Assembly: GCA_002811645.1 (NCBI GenBank)
Contig: PDIP01000048.1
Coordinates: forward strand, 1 to 64,000
Length of the DNA: 64,000 nt
Reading direction: 5' to 3'
Source of the DNA: Corallochytrium limacisporum Hawaii
Lineage: Eukaryota > Protista > Pluriformea
Position numbers and translations under genes: made by a program. Numbering within the stretch: position 1 is the stretch's first letter; every line of letters begins with the position of its first letter. This document shows, piece by piece, positions 57,644-64,000 of the stretch. The notes beneath the pieces are model-generated. The model was given only the letters and a program-made list of their open reading frames with translations. It did not search any database and had not been told where the DNA came from.

Positions 57644-58701
57644 AAAAAAAAAACGGGGGGGAAAGGGGGGGGGGGGGGGGGGGGGAGCTGGTGAGTACCC
57701 ATACCCACTCGTATACGGTAGGGCACGGGTACGGTGTCAAAAAAAAGAAAATCACGGGAAACGCAAGACTCCGCACAGTTTTTTCTTTTGGAGCGCGATC
57801 GGTGTCCCAGTGGCAAAACCTGAACTGGCTGCCCAAGAGGGGGGGGGGGAGAGGAAGTGCAGTCACGCCCGGTACTGAGAGTACTGCCGTTCTACCCTGC
57901 CAGAGTGGGTTTGGGACGGGGGGGAGGGAGGGAGGGAGGGAGAACTGCCCCCGTGATCGGAGCCTGTTTGTACGCGAACAAACCAGCGAACACTTTCTCG
58001 GTATATTCACTATTTGGAGAGAAGGGGGGATGCGGAAGCTTCGGGCGAAGGGGAGGTTGGCGGAGGGGGAGAGAGGAGAGCCAGACAGAGAGGCGAATTA
58101 GCGGGATGACGATAACAGAAAATCTTTACCGCCTGCTTCCATCTCGGGTCGGTTGGTCCACTATGGGCTCAGCAGTCACAACAGCGAGCGTCAGCCCATC
58201 AGGAGGCGATTCCCAGCTGGGTCCCCCCGCGGGGAGGGCCAAAGAGGGCCCAAGAAAAAAGCCATACGATGGTGGGTGGACTGGTGGTGGCGGTTACGTT
58301 TTTGTGTTTTTTGTTCCGATTCACCCACCACACCAGCACGGACGGCCCCAAGAGATGATGGCAAACCGGGATGGAACCTGCGTCTTGTTGCTGCAGGCCA
58401 GTGATATCGAAGAGGATCTTTCGTTACATTTTCTTTTGTGCTTGTATGTTTTGTCAATTTTGACGTGGTAAGTTCGACATGGGTTTTCTTTCCTTTTCCA
58501 GGTGCTTGTGTTTTCGTTTTGTTTTTGTATTGCCTTGTTTATTCTAGATCATTTGCAAATATTGGGGGTATATCAGAGAGTCAATCTATATTAATTTACA
58601 GACGTTCATATTGCTCATCAATTGACCAACGTGGGCAATTCGTGTACATATAGAGCAGGGGTCGCATACTTAGGTAAGCACTCTTGCGCGTGTATATAGC
58701 C

Positions 58702-61700
58702 ATGGAGGATACAATGGATATGGATGAGGCAAAGTCGCCTACCATCACATACACAAAGACAGAAGCTCCTGAGTCCGAGTACGATTCAGAAGTGAAGGAA
58801 CGCGGACAGATTAAATGGAAGATCCCGAAGGAATATTTTGAAGCCACAGGGCCCCGCAAGCAGTATTCGGACCGAGTAGTGATCGATGAGGAAGGATGGC
58901 GCTTTCTGCTATTCCCCCGCGGAAATGATGCCCAGGCCAACACTGCCCAGGCCTACGTGAGCCTTTACTTAGACTTTGCAGACGCCGACACGCTGGCCCC
59001 CGGCTGGCAGAAGACCGTGAACTTTAAGTTGACCATCATTAGCACCAAGGGACCAACATACAATGCCTCTAAAGACGCAAACCACCGCTTTTTCATCGAC
59101 GAACGGGATTGGGGTTTCACTCAGTTCATGCCCTGGGAGGAACTCACGGATACAAGCCGAGGTTATTTCCATACTGACGAAGAAACGGGCCAGCAGTACG
59201 TTCTTTTGGAGGCTGATCTCTTGATCTACCATGACTACTCAAACTATGATTCGAAGAAGGCCACGGGATATGTCGGACTGAAGAACCAAGGGGCCACATG
59301 TTACATGAACAGTCTCCTACAGACCTTCTTCTTGACGCACAAGCTTCGGAGGGCAGTCTACAGCATGCCGACGGTCAAAGATGATGCGGATAAGAGTGTG
59401 CCTCTGGCCCTCCAGCGGGTATTTTTCCAATTGCAGAGCGGTAATCAGGCCGTGGGCACGATGGACCTGACTCGTAGTTTCGGATGGGATACTATGGATA
59501 CCTTTCTGCAGCGTGACGTGCAAGAATTTTCCCGTGTGTTGTGTAGTCATTTGGAGACAAAGCTGAAGGGTACGGAAGTCGAGACATTGATCAGCGATCT
59601 GTTTGAGGGCAAGATGAAATCTTACATTCGGTGCATTAATGTCGACTTCACCTCGGAACGAAGTGAAGCTTTCTTTGACATTCCTTTGAACGTCAAAGGC
59701 ATCAAGACACTAACAGATAGCTTCAAGGACTATGTCCAGGAAGAGACTCTGGATGGTGAGAACAAGTACCAGGCTGAGGGCCACGGTCTGCAGGATGCTA
59801 AGAAAGGTGTGATCTTTGAACGGTACCCTCCAGTCCTACATATTCAGCTCAAGCGTTTTGATTACGATATGGAGAAGGATATGACGGTAAAGATCAATGA
59901 CCGCTTCGAATTCCCTGCGGAGGTAAACCTCGACGACTTTTTGGAGAACCCGGACGCGAGTGATCCAAGTGACTACGTCCTGCACGCAGTCCTTGTGCAC
60001 TCTGGCGATTTACACGGAGGCCATTACGTTGTCTACATCAAGCCCGAATTGGAGGGTACTTGGCTAAAGTTTGATGACGACCGGGTGGTTAAGGTAAGTC
60101 CCAAGGAAGCATTAGACGACAACTTTGGACAGGATCCACCCTCTGAGAACGGAAACGATGCGAACAAGCACCTCAGGTTTGGCGTTCGGACGGCTCGAAG
60201 GTTTACAAACGCCTATATGTTGGTCTACGTGCGCAAGAGCAAGTTTGCCGAGCTCATGAAGCCTGTTGCCGATGAGGAGATTCCGGACCAGCTTGTCGAG
60301 CGTTTCAAACGCGAGGATGAGGAAGAAGCCAGACTGGAAGAAGAACGCCGTAATGCACATCTGTTCCTGAAGGTCCAAGTGGCCACCGACGACGAAATTG
60401 CGATGAATCATCGGGACGATTTGATTCCATGGAGGGATGAAAGCGTAACCGATCGCATCATCAACATGAAGGTCAGGCGGGACGAGACCCTGGGTAACTT
60501 GCGCCCGCAGATTGCAAAGGAACTGAATCTGGCCGTTGATGAGTTCAGATTGTGGGTGTTTGTGAACCGCATGAACAAAACTGTGCGTCCGGACAACTGT
60601 CTAACTGAGGACGAGAATGAGAAACAAGTCGAGATGCTGAGCCAGAAGCAGAACCCGTGGAAACTGTACGTTGAGAGACTCAACAATAAGGAAGCCACCA
60701 AGGAACAAGACAGCTCTGCTGTCAGCGAAAGCTTCCTGATCTTTTTTAAATTCTACGACCCCGTTAACGAGCAATTGAGCTATGCAGGTCATTCTCTTTG
60801 CAACCAAAATTCCACGGTCGCGGATCTGTTCCCGCAGATGCGTACTCTGGCCAACCTGCCCGAGTCTACGCCTCTGGCGGTTTACGAGGAGGTCAAGCCG
60901 CAAATGATCGAGCCATGCGGGCCTGATCGCACTCTTCGGGAATGTGAGCTGCAGAATGGTGATATCCTGGTCTTTATGAAGGACAAGGATGGCATGGACA
61001 TGGATGAAAACGGAGCCACGGCGACCGGATCGGGAGCCAATGTGCGTCTCCCAGATCCTCCGGCGTTCTTTGAGGACCTCGGTTTACGGATAAAGGTCAC
61101 GTTCAAGGAACTCAACACGGATGCCAACACCAAGGAATCGAAGGACTTTGAGCTGGAGCTGTCTAAAGCAATGGATTACAAGACAGTTGCTACGGCCGTG
61201 TCGCGACACCTTGGTCTAGACAGCGATCAGATCCAAATTACTGGTTACAGCTATGTCCATGACCGACCGATGCATACCTTCCCTAGGGACAGCATGCTGA
61301 ATTTGGATCAGATGCTTAAGGCAGGCAACGAATCCTACTCGACCTACGGCAACGGCAGGGCCCAGACGCTCTACTACAATGCACTGCACACTAATTTCGG
61401 AGGTGATACACTGATGATCAGGCTGGACTACTTGAACGCAAAACTAGACAACCAGCGGGTGAACCTTGTGATGAGCGGCAAGAACACTGTCGAAAACTTG
61501 CTGACTAAAATGAAAGAGAATCTGTCGGACAACTCGGACGAGCTGCAGTTGCGCCTGGTCTTGGTGCAGAACTACACAATTGTCAAGGTCTTCGACCTCA
61601 ACGAGCAATTGGAGCCTGTCCAGAAAGAAGCAGATGACTGTCGAGCGACCATGCGAGTCGAGGAGATTCCGAAGGAAGAGAGCCAGAGAATGGAAGGTTC

Positions 61701-62028
61701 CATTGTGGTGCAGTGCATCCACTACGACAAGAACCCGAGCCAGCGCCACGGTGTGCCATTCTACCTGTCCATTGGAAAGGACGAAATGTGGAATTCAGTG
61801 CGGAAGAGGATCCAGGGTAATCTGAAGCTCTCCGAGAAGGTGTTCAATACGTACACTTTGACCAAAGTAGATTTGAAACAGGACCGTCGCAGTGTGATCA
61901 CTCAACTGCCAAAAGACGATTTTGTAGCGCAAGAGGAGTTCCAGGACGGCCAGGCCATCGGTCTTGACCATATCAACCGTGGCTACCGGTCATCTGGATA
62001 CGACAAACCGATTACGATCAAGGAATAG
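58702..62028 (+). CDS. USP7: Ubiquitin carboxyl-terminal hydrolase 7 (MATH + USP + UBL domains)
   Basis: MATH 'WRFLLFPRGN...DWGFTQFM', Cys box 'GYVGLKNQGATCYMNSLLQ', His box 'VLVHSGDLHGGHYV', C-terminal 'IGLDH...ITIK'. gccATGg at 58702. Confidence 0.97.
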   Translation: MEDTMDMDEAKSPTITYTKTEAPESEYDSEVKERGQIKWKIPKEYFEATGPRKQYSDRVVIDEEGWRFLLFPRGNDAQANTAQAYVSLYLDFADADTLAPGWQKTVNFKLTIISTKGPTYNASKDANHRFFIDERDWGFTQFMPWEELTDTSRGYFHTDEETGQQYVLLEADLLIYHDYSNYDSKKATGYVGLKNQGATCYMNSLLQTFFLTHKLRRAVYSMPTVKDDADKSVPLALQRVFFQLQSGNQAVGTMDLTRSFGWDTMDTFLQRDVQEFSRVLCSHLETKLKGTEVETLISDLFEGKMKSYIRCINVDFTSERSEAFFDIPLNVKGIKTLTDSFKDYVQEETLDGENKYQAEGHGLQDAKKGVIFERYPPVLHIQLKRFDYDMEKDMTVKINDRFEFPAEVNLDDFLENPDASDPSDYVLHAVLVHSGDLHGGHYVVYIKPELEGTWLKFDDDRVVKVSPKEALDDNFGQDPPSENGNDANKHLRFGVRTARRFTNAYMLVYVRKSKFAELMKPVADEEIPDQLVERFKREDEEEARLEEERRNAHLFLKVQVATDDEIAMNHRDDLIPWRDESVTDRIINMKVRRDETLGNLRPQIAKELNLAVDEFRLWVFVNRMNKTVRPDNCLTEDENEKQVEMLSQKQNPWKLYVERLNNKEATKEQDSSAVSESFLIFFKFYDPVNEQLSYAGHSLCNQNSTVADLFPQMRTLANLPESTPLAVYEEVKPQMIEPCGPDRTLRECELQNGDILVFMKDKDGMDMDENGATATGSGANVRLPDPPAFFEDLGLRIKVTFKELNTDANTKESKDFELELSKAMDYKTVATAVSRHLGLDSDQIQITGYSYVHDRPMHTFPRDSMLNLDQMLKAGNESYSTYGNGRAQTLYYNALHTNFGGDTLMIRLDYLNAKLDNQRVNLVMSGKNTVENLLTKMKENLSDNSDELQLRLVLVQNYTIVKVFDLNEQLEPVQKEADDCRATMRVEEIPKEESQRMEGSIVVQCIHYDKNPSQRHGVPFYLSIGKDEMWNSVRKRIQGNLKLSEKVFNTYTLTKVDLKQDRRSVITQLPKDDFVAQEEFQDGQAIGLDHINRGYRSSGYDKPITIKE

Positions 62029-62969
62029 GGCTCAAAGTTCATCGAACAACTCGTCTCCATTCCGTAAGCAAACGAGCATGAACCCCACGCAGCATTTTTC
62101 GACGGGCGATTTACATCATCATCTTGTAACTAAACTGACAGCCACCACCAAAACATCCTTTCTACTGAATTTTTTATTGATGATCTGTTTTGTTCTCATT
62201 CTCCTTACATAATTTTTCTGTGAAAGTAAAAAACCCGCTTGCCTTCCTGTTGTAGTTCTTTATTTTCCATTACCGTCCTCGGCCAGTTGTGCGTTTCGCT
62301 TAAATAAAATGGTCGTCCGCACTCTGTTTTCTCATTTCTCCTTCCAAAATGGCACCACCAACTACCAATTAGGAATTTAATAAAGGTCCGTATAATAGAT
62401 TCCTCTTTAGTATAATGAGAAGGTACATTTTACAAATATTCGGTATATATTTATTAACATCTGGCACACGACTGCGAGACCATGCGAGACAGGGTTTCGG
62501 AGAGACAGTAAATCTATTGGCACAGGCTTCAGCCAAGGGAAGCCAGAACAAAAAGCCCCTCACATTCCAAGGGTCCCGGTGCTGAACCGTGTACCCGCGT
62601 AGATTGCGTCAGAATAGCCGGATATATCCAATACGCGGCCCCGCCCGTTTTTCCTTTCGGTGTGCGGCTGGAGCCGAATCGAGAAAGTCTCGGCCTCGCA
62701 TCAGCTGATTTTGCGGTATACCACCATTCGGTATGTGAGGGGAGGGGCGGGAGGGGCGATTCCATAGGGTTGGGGGTGAGCTCCGACAGGACACAGTGAC
62801 GGACCACAGAAGATTCCCTCACCGCTGCGATGCTCATGTTCATGTTCTGTGGGCCGGTGAAGCTACTTATGCGACACTTCCCGAGCACAACATCGAAGCC
62901 AAAAGTTTTTTTCCGTAAACGATTACGTTTGCTCCGGGATAGTTGTTCACACAGCAGGCCAGAGCAATC

Positions 62970-63542
62970 ATGCCCATCGAGGGTACGTTTGAGTTGGACA
63001 CCGAGGTCCTTGACCTCGAAAACAGCTCCATTAAACTTGGTGACATTCTTGCCCAGTCCCAGAGCGAGGCTACTGTCCTCGTTCTGATTCGCCGTTTCGG
63101 CTGAGCCTACTGCCACCACCAGGCCACGATGATCCTGTCGGGCCGCACCGAGCTTGACCAACTTGGTGCTCAGGTGGTGGGTATTGGCAATGGCAGCGTC
63201 CTGTTTGCCAACAGCTTCAAGAAGAATACGAAATGGGACTATCCAGTTTACCGCGATCCCAAGTCTGCGGTATACAAGAGCATTGGCCTGCCTCGCCTCA
63301 GTGTTTGGCAGGCTCTGTCGCGATTCCTTTTCAACAGTGCTGCGCGGGCATTCTACAATGGCACTCTGTCAAAGGAGCACCCTTCCTCTGATTACAAGGG
63401 TGACGGTCAGCAGACCGGTGGTGTTTTCGTTGTGAATAAGGCGGGTGAGTTCACCTTCGCCTTCAAGGAGCACGAAAATCCTCCAGAGAAATTTGCAGAT
63501 GTGCAAGACATCATCGCAGCGGTAAGGAAGATGAACAAGTAG
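62970..63542 (+). CDS. Selenoprotein of the SelU/PRXL2 (AhpC-TSA-like, thioredoxin fold) family, 190 aa with Sec at codon 45
   Basis: ATG 62970 is in frame with the tracked ORF 63129-63542, separated only by TGA 63102-63104 within 'VLVLIRRFG-U-AYC'. Downstream family motifs 'VVGIG', 'VYRDP...VYKSIGL' and 'GDGQQTGGVFVV'. Confidence 0.88.
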
Positions 63543-63876
63543 ACAAGACAGATCAGGATCTCACTTCCATATTGGTTGTTGTAGTCCTGTCCAATGAACC
63601 TAATGAGTTGTCATGTATCTCCGAACTGGAAGCGAAGAAAGACAAACATCAGCATCGCTGCTCCCAACCATACCTTAACCACACCGAACGCAACATGAAC
63701 GGCAACGTAGCAGAAGCTGGGAATGAGAACAACGAGGAACACAAACAGGGTTACGACACATCCTCTGCAGAGCAAAACGGATATGACCAGGTACGTGAGA
63801 CGAATAATAATTTGAGAAGAAAGTGGTGTTCATGCGTAGTCGAACTGGTGGCCAGGCTTCCACCAACTGACAGCAA

Positions 63877-63924
63877 ATGACGGAGCACGCCAAAATCCTG
63901 AAACGGAGGCGTTGCGATCCTGAT
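63877..63924 (+). promoter_or_regulatory. Type II SECIS element candidate
   Basis: ATGA-C-GGAGCACGCC-AAAA-TCC-TGAAAC-GGA-GGCG-T-TGC-GA-TCC-TGAT. This gives a UGAN/NGAN quartet, a 10-bp helix II, unpaired As 11 nt after ATGA, and an apical mini-stem. Helix I is weak. Confidence 0.75.
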
Positions 63925-64000
63925 ATCTAACGAAGGATACAGAGGGATAGAAACTGTTCTGCGACAGTGGTCCAAGGTTTGGTCACCTTGGCTCCCATCC

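Noticed and set aside
58468-58501. GTAAGT...TTTTCCAG mini-intron upstream of USP7
   Set aside because: Only 34 nt, no branch motif, and no coding constraint to test it against.
63129-63542. Tracked 137-aa ORF as the complete gene
   Set aside because: It lacks the redox motif, which lies upstream across the in-frame TGA at 63102.
63590-63670. Closer hairpin (ATGAGTTGTC...GACAAACAT) as the SECIS
   Set aside because: There is no GA on the 3' side to form the quartet.
63572-63880. Short ORF (ATG 63695, MNGNVAEAG...) as a gene
   Set aside because: Low complexity, no recognisable domain, and it overlaps the probable 3' UTR. It cannot be fully excluded at the window edge.
1-64000. CRISPR arrays, transposases, retroelements, rRNA and spliceosomal snRNAs
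   Set aside because: No repeat-spacer arrays, RT/integrase/transposase motifs or conserved RNA signatures were seen.

Overview
This is eukaryotic nuclear DNA, gene-dense and almost free of introns. It holds about 20 protein genes, nearly all readable as single ORFs, plus one tRNA-Leu(AAG) and two assembly gaps. The long intergenic spacers are full of homopolymer runs and microsatellites. The gene content mixes animal-like genes ([2Fe-2S] ferrochelatase, a CoREST-like ELM2-SANT protein, an MDH1B-like remnant, a selenoprotein) with hybrid histidine kinases, which animals lack. This suggests a unicellular opisthokont such as a non-animal holozoan (inference only). The main findings are: (1) a selenoprotein hidden from the ORF track at 62970-63542, of SelU/PRXL2 (AhpC-TSA-like) type, with an in-frame UGA in a UxxC motif and a canonical-looking type II SECIS at 63877-63924; (2) an ethylene-receptor-like hybrid kinase with intact copper/ethylene-binding residues, and a separate CHASE (cytokinin-receptor-like) hybrid kinase; (3) a U2AF65 whose RS domain is replaced by a SAP domain; (4) a decayed MDH1B-N-like gene with two stops and a frameshift; (5) a frame-preserving, stop-free intron candidate; (6) several bacterial-like enzymes, two ending in PTS1 signals; (7) a candidate ~310-nt structured RNA and a dispersed family of C-run/G-run palindromes. 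All family assignments come from motif recognition by eye, with no database searches.
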